A stretch of 63,889 nt of DNA, filler included, from Reticulomyxa filosa (taxonomy: Eukaryota; Protista; Foraminifera), in the NCBI GenBank assembly GCA_000512085.1. It is 20 parts of 20 records of this genome, joined end to end, with 100 filler letters (N's around TTAATTAATTAA, not from the genome) between each part and the next. Parts side by side here need not be neighbours in the genome. Positions count along the whole stretch, not along the records: positions 12,765 to 14,551 come from ASPP01003753.1; positions 14,652 to 15,929 come from ASPP01026503.1; positions 16,030 to 17,926 come from ASPP01039402.1; positions 18,027 to 19,202 come from ASPP01027762.1; positions 19,303 to 22,259 come from ASPP01002564.1; positions 22,360 to 23,651 come from ASPP01018450.1; positions 23,752 to 27,411 come from ASPP01009879.1; 13 more parts are not named here. One strand, 5' to 3'. Within the stretch, counting starts at the first letter, position 1; every line of letters starts with the position of its first letter. The translations under genes were made by a program, and so were the position numbers. Below, in pieces: positions 12,766 to 27,318 of the stretch. Below the pieces are notes generated by a model. That model was not told where the DNA came from. It made no database searches and saw only the letters and a program-made list of their open reading frames with translations.

Positions 12766-14540
12766 ACCACCAAACAGCCAACCATCGCACCTACCAAACA
12801 ACCAACCACCAAACAACCAACCAAAAAACCAACCACCAAAAAACCAACACTAGCAACATATACTTGTAATGGTGACCAATTTAGTGGAGATTTTAGCCAA
12901 GCAACCACATCAACAGCGTTGTTTAGTGCGGGAGACCAAAATACTGCGGCTGATATTTCAATATGTGTACCAGACACGCAAGTGCACATTAGTGTTAACA
13001 GTGGATCTGATTGTTCTGCAAATATTGATGGAGGTTGTGATTCAAACCCTGCCTGCAGTCTGCCTGCATCGAGTGTTTACATTTTCTTGATAAACGTCAC
13101 TTATCTAGGAGGAACGAAGCAAGCATGGACGCTGGATATCGTTTGTAGTGCACAAAGAAGATTGCAAAGCTCAACCTCTTTGAAGTTGGCCAATTCTGTG
13201 ACATTCAGTGTAATTCAATCAGACTGCACTCCCAACAATTGGCAGCAAGATATCAGTGGAACTGGGAGTGCAATAAGTCAAGGAGATCCACACTTTAATC
13301 AATTTGATTCGACAACATTTAGTTATCAAGGTGGTGGTCCGCATATACTTTACCAATTGGATACATTTCAGATCCAAGGATTATTTGTACAATCATCCAG
13401 TCTCTCGTATGTGCTTGGTCTTGCAGTACAATTCGCGAGTAATGATTATTTTGTGGCCCTTTTTGAGAATGACGATCAGAAAGTGTTAAATACATATGTA
13501 AATTGCCAACAGTATTCACCTTCTTCTTCTTCTTCATGGTACAATACAAAAAGATATCGCTTCAGATATGACGGTTCAACAACAATCATTGTCCAATTTT
13601 ACAACGGCATTTATTTGAAATATTTTCGTAACCCTGGTGTCAGCATCTATGTTCCTTTCTTTTTAAAGTCGGCCAAAGGCCAAAATGGTGGATTACTCGG
13701 CAATTTCAATGGCAATGCAAATGACGATTGTTATTTAACAAATGGTGCGAATTGTTGTAGCTGTTCATCGTGGCAACAAAGTGCAAGAACAAATACTAAA
13801 GCTTTTTGTCGCTGCGGCTATAATTTAAAAAAATTGGACAAACACCTTTGCTCTAGACGACGCTTATTCGAAGACGACGACGACGACAGCACTTCCATAT
13901 TCGAAAGCGCTTCCATATTCGAAAGTACTTCTTCCATATTCGAAAGTACTTCCATATTCGGAAGCACTTCTTCCATATTCGAAAGCACTTCCGAGGCTGT
14001 CGTCTTCGACTACAACAGTCTCAATAACACTGAAAAAGAGTATCTTAACTCTACTTGTGACAGCAACTATGAATGCATGTATGACTTATACTTTACTAAT
14101 AATAAAACGCTTGCTTTAGCTACAAAAGATACACATGACCAATTTGTTAATAAATCAAAAGAAATTGCTAACAACTTTGCCTGCAGTCCTTCTTGTCAAA
14201 ACAATGCAACTTGCTTAGATAGCAATATATGTCAGTGTGTCACTGGCTTTGCCGGAGATCGATGTGAAAATGACATTACTGTCCCTACATACAATCAAAC
14301 ATATCTTAATCTCGTCTTAACTTCTCCAACCATTTCACCGACTTATTCACCTTCTCCTTCTCATTCCAAAAAATCTTTCTCTTCCACACCTTACTTTATC
14401 GTCGTTATTGTTGTTGTTGTTGTTGTCGTCTTGTTGCTCTTGTTTTGATTTCATTTGTATTTTTTGCTCGCTTTAAAGGGAGCAAAAAACCAAACAATGA
14501 ACAATCTTCCGGTCTCGAGTTTCAAACGACAGCTCCGTGT
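12766..14540 (+). CDS. Type I membrane glycoprotein: PT-rich repeats, VWD domain, EGF-like domain, TM, short tail; 5'-truncated
   Basis: PTxxPT repeats, QGDPHFNQFD (VWD), GLLGNFNGNANDD, CSPSCQNNATC..CQCVTGFAGDRC (EGF) and a hydrophobic TM. A -1 shift near 14428 extends into ISFVFFARFKGSKKP... Confidence 0.85.
13891..13993 (+). repeat. Coding minisatellite, 5 copies of 18-21 bp (TSIFES / TSSIFES)
   Basis: Repeated (a/g)ct(tct)tccatattcg(a/g)aag(c/t) units read directly from the sequence. Confidence 0.9.
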
Positions 14541-16029
14541 ATTTTTTTTTANNNNNNNNNNNNNNNNNNNNNNNNNNNNNNNNNNNNNNNNNNNNTTAAT
14601 TAATTAANNNNNNNNNNNNNNNNNNNNNNNNNNNNNNNNNNNNNNNNNNNNTATCAAAAATGTTTGTTTTTTTTTCTAATACTTTTTTTATTTTTTTATT
14701 TTTTCTATTTTTCAATTTTTCCATTTTTCAATTTTTCTTTTTTCCTTTTTTTCATTTTCTTTTTTCTTTTACCTTTTTTCTTTTTTTCTTTTATCTTTTT
14801 TACTTTTTTTCTTTTTCCACTATCCCCTTTTTTTCTTCCTTTTTCTTTTTATCGTTTTATTTTCTTTTTTTTTCTCCACTATTATTCAACCCCTTTTTAA
14901 AATAAATACCATTCATGTTGTGCGCCGGACCTATATGCACATATACAAACAAAGTTATATTTTACAATTTTTATAGACAAAAAAATATATGTTTATAACT
15001 ATTAAATTGAAATATAATCTCCAATTTCGATTTCTTTTTTCTCCTGTAACACTGACAAACTTTTTTTGTTTTTGTAATGGGGGGGGGACAAATAAACAAA
15101 TATAAAAAAGTATATATACATATGTGTTTTTTCTTGAAGGGGGAAACTATTGATAACAAACACAACAATTATATAACAAAATGATATATAAATCACATAA
15201 ATAGACATAAACATTACATACCGTTATTCCTCTTTGAGGATATGGGGTAATTTCAACCCCTTATTCTTTTTTTTTCTTTGTGTGATGGGAGGGGGACATA
15301 TATGGTAACGCTTTGGTGGACGGAGGAACCTATGCCACAACAACACACAACCATTTAAACATATTTAAAAATTTGTATATATATAACAAACCTTTATTTC
15401 TCCTTTCGGAGACAGGGTGGTTCTACCCCGTATTCTTTTTTCTTTGTTTCATTTGTGTGGCCTATTGTACACAACACACATAATATAGGTATAAGTCACA
15501 TAAACAAAACACAAAAGATATTACATTCTCAATCTCGCTTGCATCACCACAACCGCCAGTATACACATATCCATTCATTGTGTGCTGTTTTCCATTTCTT
15601 CGATCACTTTTACAATCACCGAGCTCCTTATGCATTCAACCTATACAATTAACATACAAATAAATAATTTATATTATTATCACAACAAATAAATAAAATA
15701 AAATACAAAATTACTTGTCAAGACCACATATGTCACATGTTGATTGGATGCTGCAATTGATAAGTTTGGATGTTATAAGCGAAACTCCAAATCATTGCCG
15801 AATTCCAATAATGAGTTGCATTTGTGTGAATGTTGTAGTAGGAGCTGGGCCATGTGTTGATTGAAGTGATTGGTGCAATGCGAGATGGTCGGTGTCAATA
15901 GTATTGGTGGCATAAGTGCCTTTGTAGACNNNNNNNNNNNNNNNNNNNNNNNNNNNNNNNNNNNNNNNNNNNNTTAATTAATTAANNNNNNNNNNNNNNN
16001 NNNNNNNNNNNNNNNNNNNNNNNNNNNNN

Positions 16030-17925
16030 AGCTTGTGTTTATTGAAAAAGAGGATCCATTTGTGGATGGTAAAAAAGTTAAAGGTGGATTAATCGTGCAA
16101 ACGATGGAAGGAAAATTTTTATATATCACTCCTGAAGACAAATCATTGACACAAATGGTTTTTCACATTTGCTTTTGCACTCCATTTTTTGAAAGATGTA
16201 AGAATTTTGTATCTCTCTCACAACAAATGAAACATACAGGTCCATGACCCGACTGACGAAAACATGATTGCTCTTCATAATTTTTGCATGCAATATATGA
16301 TAACTAGAGCAGTTACATTCTTTTTTTTTTCTCTATCTTTTTTTCCAATGCTTTTTAAAATGAAAATAAAAAAACATACACACAAATGCAAACCATGGAA
16401 TGGACAAAAGTTGATGAAAGGTAAAAGGCTCGTTACCCTTGTTGACGCTAGTTGCAATTCATTCTTAAAAAAAAAGCCATCGGCTACGTTTGCCTATATA
16501 AATGGATTGTTCGTAAGAGAAGGAAAGATTTACGCTTGGACAGAGACTAACAAACGCGCGCTGATAGTAAAAAATGGATCGGAGGTATGTTGACACAAGA
16601 GGAACATTTATATCTTTTTTTTTTCTCCTTCCCTCTTCCAAGAATAATATTAACTCAACAATATAAAATCAAACAAACAAAAAAAAAAGCATGAAAATGA
16701 ACAGAGTTGGATTAATGCAGTTTCGACCAAAACAAAACAAAAGAAAACAAAATCCTTGACTTGAAAAAATGTTTGATGATTGTGATGGTTGTGCGTTATA
16801 ACTACAGAGTCTGCCATTAACAGAAAAAATGCATCAGTTGGAACTGAAATTTCTGTTGTTTGTGTAAAAAAGAACAAAATACTTTGGTACAGCGATGTAA
16901 AGATATTGAAAAACAAAACAAACAAAAAAAAAGAGAGGCATTGGAACATTTACAAAAAGATTTGGCCGAAGAAAAAAAAAAGATACAAGACCTGGAAAAA
17001 GAAAAAAAAGATATAGAAAAAAAGTATCGGGTATTAGGTGATAAAAATCTCAAACTCGATAATGAAATCGCAGATTTGAGCGAAAAATTGAGCCAGGCCG
17101 AGATGACAATTAAAAAAAACAACACTCAAATTGGAAATTTAACAGCAGCATCCAACAAAAGTGAGAAGGAAAAAAATGACCAACTAAAACATGCAAATAG
17201 TTGGAAAGAAAAATACAACGAGCGACTAAAACAAATTGATTCTTTGGAAAAAGAGAATAACAAACAGATACAGCAAATCAACGCACACAAAGGGGAAATT
17301 GAACAACTTCTCAGACAAATTAACAACTTGAAAACACAAATAAGTGACTTGTACAAATATAAAGAAGAACAAAAGAAACTAACAAATCAAATCAGTATCT
17401 TGCAACACGAAAAGCAGATGCTGGAAGCGCAGGTCAATACTAGTACCAGGAAGAACGAGAGCTTGAATCTAATATTATGAACCAAACAGATAAATTATAC
17501 CAAAGCCAACATAAAATTATTCAATTGGAGACTCAATTCAATGATACCAAAACCAAGCTGTATGATTACGTTATGCAAAACGAAAAATATAAAAATTATT
17601 AAGTTCCTTGACCTCAGAAAAAGATACATTACTCAGTAAATTGGAACATTTCGAACAACAGTCCAAAACATTTAAAGAGTTCAATAAAAAAAATAAATAA
17701 TGCAAACATCTCTTTCTATTTTTTTTTTTGGCTATTTTTATAATAGATAAATTCACGCTTGTCATACGTAAAAAAAATGTAGAGCCAATGGACAATTGTC
17801 AAGAGAAGTACAAGAACTGAGAGAGAGGATTTGTGAATTGACAGTCGGAAAAGGAATAGAAAGTGAATTTCCAGCTGTGAATACAATTGTGATGGATTAT
17901 AAAACAATAAGCAGTAATTATCGAT
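16030..17925 (+). CDS. Multi-exon coiled-coil protein fragment, possibly disrupted
   Basis: ORF 16860-17480 is a continuous heptad-rich K/E/Q sequence, flanked by exon-like ORFs at 16035, 16264 and 17796. Confidence 0.5.
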
Positions 17926-18949
17926 TNNNNNNNNNNNNNNNNNNNNNNNNNNNNNNNNNNNNNNNNNNNNTTAATTAATTAANNNNNNNNNNNNNNNNNN
18001 NNNNNNNNNNNNNNNNNNNNNNNNNNTTTTTTTAACAAGAAAAACATACAATCGTTCGGTCCTTTTTTTTCTCTCAATTTGATTTGAATATTTCGGTTCA
18101 GATTAACTTATAAACATATTCTTCTTGATTATTTTCTGGATTTCAATCTATATTCTTCAAAGGACTTATTCACTGCATGCTCCACTTCACGTTATGTCTT
18201 CTGTAGTTCTGTACTAGTAATATTATATTTACTAAATTGTTACTTTTTTTCAGAACAAAATTTTTTTATTCAAATTCATTTCATTACGAAAAATGACAGA
18301 TCGTGATCTCATTGAAATATTATTATATTAAAACCGCCACAATTATATTAAAAAAGTGAATTGAAATTAATAATATCATTAAAAATTTTATGAACAATTA
18401 TGTACATTTATTCCAAAAAAGTAAAAGAAAAAGCAATTTATGTAATTTTATATGCTGTTTATATTTCATCTTCAAAAAATTTATTATAAAAAAATGAAAA
18501 AGCAATTATTTTACAAGCATTACAAGGTAAAATATTAGTAAAGAAATTATGGATACAATACGTGAAAAATATCTTTATATTTATATGATCGTTTTAATTT
18601 AAATCAAAGGAATGCAAAAATAATTGTTACTTGTTGAAATAATGTATTAAATGAAGATGATATTAAAAATATTTTAATTGGTACTAATCAAACATTTTGA
18701 AGGAAATACACGTTATATAAACATTACACCAGATCGTTCACAAATTGTAAGATAGGGCAATTCGAATATGGAGTAGTGATACTGCAAAATCTGATATGAT
18801 TGAATGCATTTGGCAAGCAGGTGTTCAATGTTTTGGTTTATCAACGAAAAACAGTACATGGAGGCTACAAATGGTCTAACACCTCAAAAAAAATTACTTG
18901 TAGAACAACGTAGAGAATACTTTAATCACAAACAAAAAAAATTAAACAA

Positions 18950-19140
18950 TTTACATCTTTTAAAGGGTTTTTTTGTAAATATTCAATTATCAATGCTTTC
19001 ACTTAAATTTTTCAATCTGCTTTTAACTTCTGGTGTTTCTTCATTATATTCTCCTAACACAATAGAATATTTATATGCCATTTGTTTTTCTCCTTTTTTT
19101 TCAATCGTAATGGCATTAGCTGAAAAAAGGACAAAAAGCA
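18950..19140 (-). pseudogene. TPR-like protein C-terminal remnant
   Basis: Reads ANAITIEKKGEKQMAYKYSIVLGEYNEETPEVKSRLKNLSE, resembling the end of kinesin-light-chain-type TPR arrays. Confidence 0.3.
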
Positions 19141-19309
19141 ATTGAAACATAATTATCATTTTTTTGCAAAGGAAAACAAGAAGTTTTTCTGTTCAGAAAA
19201 CTNNNNNNNNNNNNNNNNNNNNNNNNNNNNNNNNNNNNNNNNNNNNTTAATTAATTAANNNNNNNNNNNNNNNNNNNNNNNNNNNNNNNNNNNNNNNNNN
19301 NNTTTTTTT

Positions 19310-20111
19310 TTAGGTGTTCGATATTGATTTTTGATTATTTTGTTGCCGAAATATTGATTGACAATCATTATATGAAAATTTCATAACAAGAATAACAAAA
19401 TTTGGTGGAAGCATTTTAGTCTGGACATGTTTTGGAGCATTATGAATATGTTACGCTTACAATGTGGAAGTTGGAGTAAATACTGATATATATAAAGAAG
19501 TTTTATCTGACGAAATCTAAAAGTATCAATTGCTGCTTAGAAAATAAAAATAATTGAATTTTCATCAAGATAATGCAACATGCCATAAATTGTAAAAAAT
19601 TATGAACTACTTAAAACAAAAAAAAATGAAAAAAGTGAATTTACTGCAAATTCACCTGATTTAAATCAATTGAAAATCTTTGGCATATAGTAAAGATAAT
19701 GATTCACAAAAAAGGACCATTTAATACCACTGAAGAAATTTGGAACTAATTCGAAACAGAATGGTAAAAAATTAAAACAAATATTTGTGAAACCTTAATA
19801 AAGTGATTCTAAAGGAAATACATAAAGCTAAAAAAGCAAAAAAAGATATAACACGTTGGTAAACTTGAATTAACTTAAAAAACAAATCTTATCATAATCG
19901 GTCACTACAAAAAATTTTTTTAAAGTAAATGAAAGATTAAAATTTTTGAAAAAATTGTAAAGACTTAGTAAAAAACCAAAATGATATTTAAAAACTACAC
20001 TATTCGTAGATATTTTTTTTAATTTTGATTAAATGTTGTTTTTTCATGGAGAAACACAATCATCTCTATAAGGTGGCATTTTAGGTGTCAACTTTCTTTT
20101 TTATCCTACTG
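19310..20111 (+). mobile_element. Degenerate Tc1/mariner transposon (3' half) with candidate right TIR
   Basis: Broken frames encode TKFGGSILVWTCF (cf. KHGGGSVMVWGCF), FHQDNATCHK (cf. FQQDNAP.H) and NSPDLN./IENLW (cf. SPDLNPIENLW). The element ends ...ttttatcctACTG|TA at 20111-20113, a typical Tc1 end plus TA target. Confidence 0.85.
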
Positions 20112-20602
20112 TATTTGCAGAAGGTAGAATTATTTATCAATTGATAGCAGTCAAAGTGTGTTAGACAATTTCTTATTTAGACATACAATAAATCATATTC
20201 GCGGCAATCAAACGATAAACAAAAGCAGGAAACCAGAAACTATGTTGGATATAGAAATCATAATACATTTAGATTTTGCACTTGTGAACTTTTATTTGCC
20301 TTTTTTTCTATCCTTGCTGTCTTTATTTTATTTTTAGGTAGATGAAAAAGTATTGCAAGTTAAACGAAGAGTAGATAGTCCAACGCAACTATTAAAAAAT
20401 AGCATCAAATGTATTTTTAGAAGCAATCTTATAATTGATGGAAGAAAAAAGGTCATTAGATATTGTTATAAAAGTTATTCGGGTTTGTTGTTTGAAGTAC
20501 GAAAAAAACATTGTAAGTATAAATTTGCGACTTTATTTTTTGACCTTTTCAATTTCAAAAAAACACTTGGAGGAAATAATGAATTCATGATCGATAATCG
20601 AT

Positions 20603-21348
20603 TTACTCTGTCCGACTTTTTTTTTCAGGCGGATGCTTAAACTGTTTTCTGTCACAACAGTAACAACACAACAAGCCAACTGAATAAAGAACACGTAAAC
20701 AATAAACAAACAACAAAACTTTCTTTTTCTGCTTGTTTTACTGTCACTCTGTTTATCACCATCAGAAGAAGACATTGATGAAAACGATGAGGATGACGAC
20801 GAGAACGATGAGGATGATGACGAGTCGGAATCATCCGAGTCAGATGAGGTTACACTCGAAGAAGAGCTTTCATCGTCAGATGTATTTTTTTCATCAGTTG
20901 AAAGGATTTTTTTTTTGGCTTGCTCGCCATCTTCAGTCGACTTGTTTTTTTCGTCAGTTTTTGTATCTGACTGGTTTTTTGCTGACTCGATATTCGCATT
21001 TTTATCCTTTTTCTTTTTTTTCTGTTTTTTGCTGTGTTCGCTTTTGCTTTTAAGTTTTTTTGCTTTTGCGTCGTCCAAAGCTTCTTTTAATTTTCGAATT
21101 TCTATTTCTTCTGGAGGTAGGGCTGCCTTTGACTCCAACAACTCTTTGAGTTTTTTTTGTCTTGTTTTATTCGGTAAATTTGCCAATTCGTTCAATTCCT
21201 CTGTTGCTGATTTGCGAGAACGGTACTCTTGTGATTTACTGCACTGGTAGGTCCAGTGGGCTGTGGAGTAACATTTTTGGCATTTGCGCTTCTGCCCTTC
21301 ATCCAAACCAAGGAGGCGTCTTTTTCTTTCGACAGCCACTCTTGACAT
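20603..21348 (-). CDS. ZCCHC10/SREK1IP1-like zinc-knuckle protein with K- and S-rich tail (2 exons)
   Basis: KCQKCYSTAHWTYQC..YRSRKSATEEL matches the zf-CCHC_6 family. A 3' intron joins KQFKHPPEKKSRTE*. Confidence 0.8.
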
Positions 21349-22394
21349 AATATTTTTTTAGAGAACAGGGTCTCAAATATATAAAAAAGTCTAACACTGT
21401 TTTCACAAAGTTAAAATTTTTTGACAATTTAACACGAAGTGTTTATTATAACAGTAAAATTTAGTAATGCAGTTTGAACAAAGGAGAAAATCTATTGGAT
21501 AATTATGTAATCCAAATAAGTTTAGTTGACTATTTTTTTGCGGTATTGCAATCTGATAGAAAACAACATTAAAATATTTTTTTTTTTAAGCTTTTGCACT
21601 GGGAGGGCTGTGAAGGTGTCAGATTACTCAATGCTTCATCTTTCACACTACACTGATTTTGAGCTACTGACTATACCCCAAAATGCAAACAAGTTTAGGC
21701 ACCTGGACCAAAATAAGTCATGGCACCACTTAAAAGAAAACAAAAGGTTTACAACTGTCACAAAACAAAATAAACAAAGTTGGTGATATTATAAAAAAAA
21801 ATTGAATAGTTGTCAGAACATAAATTTTAAGTCTTTCTTCCAGTTGTCACAATGAACTTTGCAAGTTCATTAACAACTTTGATTAGATTTCATAGACTAT
21901 ATTTTCTCCAAGATTATTCATTAATATCTGGCACTATGCGATGGTGAAGTTATAATTTTGCATTACACTTGTCGTTGACTGAGTTTAAAGCAAAGTTGCA
22001 ATAAGAGATAATAACAATAATTTTGTTTGTGTCTTTATAATGTACTTGCATATGATTTAGTGCTTGCCGAATTGACTCAGTATCGATTGCAATCATTGTT
22101 GCTATGAACTCCAACTCAATCCATTGGTGGAATGATGAATCTTGGATAACTAATCCTGCGCCACCCAGTACTGACTATGCTTGGTGCTACAATCTGCGAA
22201 TATCACAATAGTCTTGCCATCCAACGATAACAATATTTGGTATTGTGTCGGCTAGCTTCNNNNNNNNNNNNNNNNNNNNNNNNNNNNNNNNNNNNNNNNN
22301 NNNTTAATTAATTAANNNNNNNNNNNNNNNNNNNNNNNNNNNNNNNNNNNNNNNNNNNNAAAAAACAAACAAACAAACAAATACAGAGCAGCCT

Positions 22395-23597
<1,203 letters not shown>

Positions 23598-23751
23598 TTA
23601 TAATGTGTAAAATATGCAATTACAAATTTAAAACAAAATATATATATGTACNNNNNNNNNNNNNNNNNNNNNNNNNNNNNNNNNNNNNNNNNNNNTTAAT
23701 TAATTAANNNNNNNNNNNNNNNNNNNNNNNNNNNNNNNNNNNNNNNNNNNN

Positions 23752-23791
<40 letters not shown>

Positions 23792-23829
23792 CTCCACTGC
23801 ACATGTATGTAAGTCCAAACAATATCAAT

Positions 23830-25243
23830 TACAAATATTGCCCATATGATATCAGAAAGCATTTCAAATCAAAACACTTGGTGCACATCATTGGCCAACG
23901 ACGGACGCAAAGTGGCGACGACATTGGAGGACATTCGACTCCGTTGGAGTGCCTGCTGCGACAATACCAATATTCTGTCGGCGCAGTCGTATGTGGTGCG
24001 AGTGAGCAATGACAACTACTTCACGTGGCTGACGGACGGCTTTGAATGGAGTGGCTTGCAGGTCGAGTCGGGGCAATACCACTCGCTATACTTGGAGTTG
24101 AAAGGAAACTGGACTAGCACTGCGGGCGACTATTGGCTCACCGGTCAGGATGGCCGGTGCTATGGCGGATACTCCATCAACGTCCCCGATTTGTGTCGCT
24201 TTCAAAACCGAGCCAGTTATAGCAATGTGCTACGTGCCGCCTCCGATCATATTATGTCCGCCAACTCTATTGCTGTTATCTGCTTGTGGGACCTTGCTAT
24301 CAATGCCCTTACTCCATACAAGTTTAAAAAAAAAAAAAAAAAAGATAAACTGAATGTGTGATTTTTCAAACTCTTTTTTTTTTTTTTTTTTTTTGGAGTG
24401 GGGAGTACAAATAATGTATACGTGCATACACACACATACATCAAACTTGTTCAGCAATGCAACGATGACAAAGATGATATTTGAAACTTGGGTATCCGGC
24501 AACGACGCGTACTGGTGCTCGCAGTCACTAAAGGTAATTGGAACGCAAAGGGAACTGTTCGACTTGTGCAACGTCACTTTCCGACGCAATGCAACGAAGA
24601 CCGATGTGCAAGTGTTGTCGTACCAACTTGCTGTCAAATGTAACACTTGGGATGATATTGTATCCACTGAAATGGTCCAAAGAGGCAAAACCAGAGCACA
24701 GGACACAGAATTCATCCTGCCAGTGTTCACACAGATTTCGACCAAACTGGCCACTGATGTTGGCTTACATGCAACTGTTGATTCGGTCACCATTCAAATG
24801 CAATCCACTCGTACTTCTACTAACTGTTATATACATATATTTGTATATATGCTATGTTTTTATTTATTTATCAATCCTTCAAACACAACATAAAAAAAAA
24901 AAAACTTGCAGCAAAATGTAGCTGGTTAAATATGTGTTGGAGCAAGCAACCTTGGTCAGTTGTATCGGTATCATTGCTTGGAGGCTGCCTTTTATCGTGT
25001 TGCTTTTTGGGTCTGTATTATTGCCTTCGTGGTCGCAAGTTCTTTGCTATGGCCATGCGCTTTTCCAGTAAAGTTATAACGGTTGTTCCGGAACGCCGCA
25101 GGAAGGTAGAACGCTGGACTTCCCCGAGTCCTTCGGTTAACAGTGACCAGGTGGATGATTCACTATCGGAATCCGAGCTCAGTGCAGTTCATGAGGAACA
25201 CCAGTCAGGTCATGAAAGTTCCGTCAGTGTGCTTGAGGGTTGA
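23830..25243 (+). CDS. Hypothetical single-pass membrane protein with Cys-containing ectodomain (3' part, 3 exons)
   Basis: Exon-like ORFs joined by introns (~24322-24453, ~24811-24911). TM segment WSVVSVSLLGGCLLSCCFLGLYYCL followed by RGRK. Confidence 0.6.
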
Positions 25244-26336
25244 CAACCAATCCATTTGTTTTCCATAAAAATGGGAAAGAATGCGGACAGGTGTTTCATA
25301 GGCCAAATTAAACAAAATATTTGAAGTCATCACAATATTATTGATTTTATGTCTTTTCTCAAATGCTTCACATTTCGTTATTTGTTCTTTTTGTTTTTGT
25401 CTTTGTTTTTTTCTTTTTTTTGACATTGAAGCGTGGGAGTGTAGAGGGGGCAAAATAAAATATTTCTTTAGTATTTGAAAAGTCGATGTGGTGTTTTGAT
25501 ACAATTTATGTACTGAAATGTTTTTCTATTTGGTTCTTTTTTTTTTTCTTTTTTTCTCTTTTTTTTGTTTCAGCCTTTCCCAAACAAAAAATAAACACAA
25601 CTTTTTTTCTTCCTACTGTTTTATTTTGGGGAAGGGAGGGGTTTTTTTGTTTTCGTTGAATATGAGGGATTAGCAGGTGTGTTTGATTAAATTACCTCTA
25701 TTTGTTTTTCGAGAACTCTATAATCTCGATCAGATATGGAAGTTACAATATTTTCAAAGTGCTTTGTCTTTTTATTCCTTGCCAATGTTTTTGGTTTGCT
25801 TGTTTATTGTTTTTGTGAATTTGGAATTCGAGAAAGATTATTGGCTTTTTTATTTTTTTTTGGTCTTTTGCATTCGATTAAAAATTTCAAACCATTTTTA
25901 AAAATTGAAATACAACAAACTAAGGATTTAACAGCACACTAGCTTTGTTTTTTTTTCTTCTTTTTTTGTGATCTTGTTCGCTTTGTTTGTTTGTGGATAA
26001 TCTTCTTTTTGTGCTTTTTTGATAAAATGTTTCCACTTGCAAATTTTAATAAATCAAAACATTCATTCATACCATCCCTGAAGAAAAAGAATCCAATGCA
26101 AACGATAAATGTTGAAACTGTTTGCAATGGAGGTTGATAAAAGAGAAGCTTTGAACAAAAAAAAAAATTAAAATCTATAGATAATATTGCGTCGCAAATG
26201 ATGTCGCTGATGCGTACAACATATTGAACAAAACTTGACTCATAAAAACATAAAAAAAAAAAAAAGCAAAACAAACAAAAATTAATTTTTCAGAAAAAAC
26301 TCAATGCATTTTGCAAACAAATCGTCTTCAAACAAG

Positions 26337-27318
26337 TCAACAGGAGATGTAGATTGTCCTTGGGTTCTTTTCCTTACCTTGTTCCAGCAATTCTCTCAAT
26401 TTTTCATCATTCAATGATTCGCATCGAATCTTGTCAATAACTCCAACTCTTTCGTATCTGCGTGTAAAATCGTGGACTTTGTCGTAACGGTGAGCATCAA
26501 CCTTTGAGCCAATGTTTCCGTCAATAGCCTTAGTGAACAAAGTAATAACAACATTGTAAATGAATAGCATTTCTTCCCGATATTTGGTCATGGTTTCTTG
26601 ATATCCATCGATGAGTGTTTTGATAAGTGCTTCTCGATCATTATCGCCTTTTTCAGAGCGCCAGTTTTGTAAATGATGAACAATCTGAAGTTCCATTGGT
26701 TTTTCAAATTCACCCGGCATCATATCCTCCATTGCAACAATTTCATTTCGATCGATCAATTCTTTTTTCGATCTTAGTTGATCCTGCAATTGCGACAAAT
26801 GTTTTAGTTTGTAGTGCAGTCCCTGGGTAATAAATAAAAGCAAACTGTCCGGACCGGAATTGGTAGAATTTGTGGCGAGAATTTGGTCCAATAATCGATT
26901 GACATAGTCATACTTTCCAACAAACAAAATGTAAAGCTCCGCCAATTTGTCTTTGTTCAACTGCCGTAAAGCGCGGACTTCTTCCCTTTCATTGGTCTCC
27001 ATCACGTTGAACTTAGTAACCCAAATTTCGTCCAGCACTTGTCCCAAAGTCAGTTCATTGCTTTTTTTGGGATGCGCAGATTGTTTGGTCGCATACGCCA
27101 TCGAAGGCAGCGACATGCCACTGTTGTCACTGATGGTATCACTTTCGCTCGTGCATCTCTTCTCCAGCAAAACTTCGCTATTTTTTTGAGGGGCACTTTT
27201 GGCTCCGTTCAGTTCGAATATTTCTTCTTTAAAAAAAATTTCCCCATTCGCAACATGGTTCAAAAACGCATCCACACAATTGTTCTCCACATCCGCTGCG
27301 TTACTTCCATCCCTAAAA
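26337..27318 (-). CDS. Hypothetical helical protein, 3' exon
   Basis: 317-aa ORF with coding-like composition, preceded by a splice acceptor. No recognisable motif. Confidence 0.6.

Noticed and set aside
14660-14905. Phe-rich ORFs (also 49560-49768 and the YIYIY/FFFF ORFs)
   Set aside because: These are translations of poly-T and (AT)n intronic or low-quality contig-end sequence.
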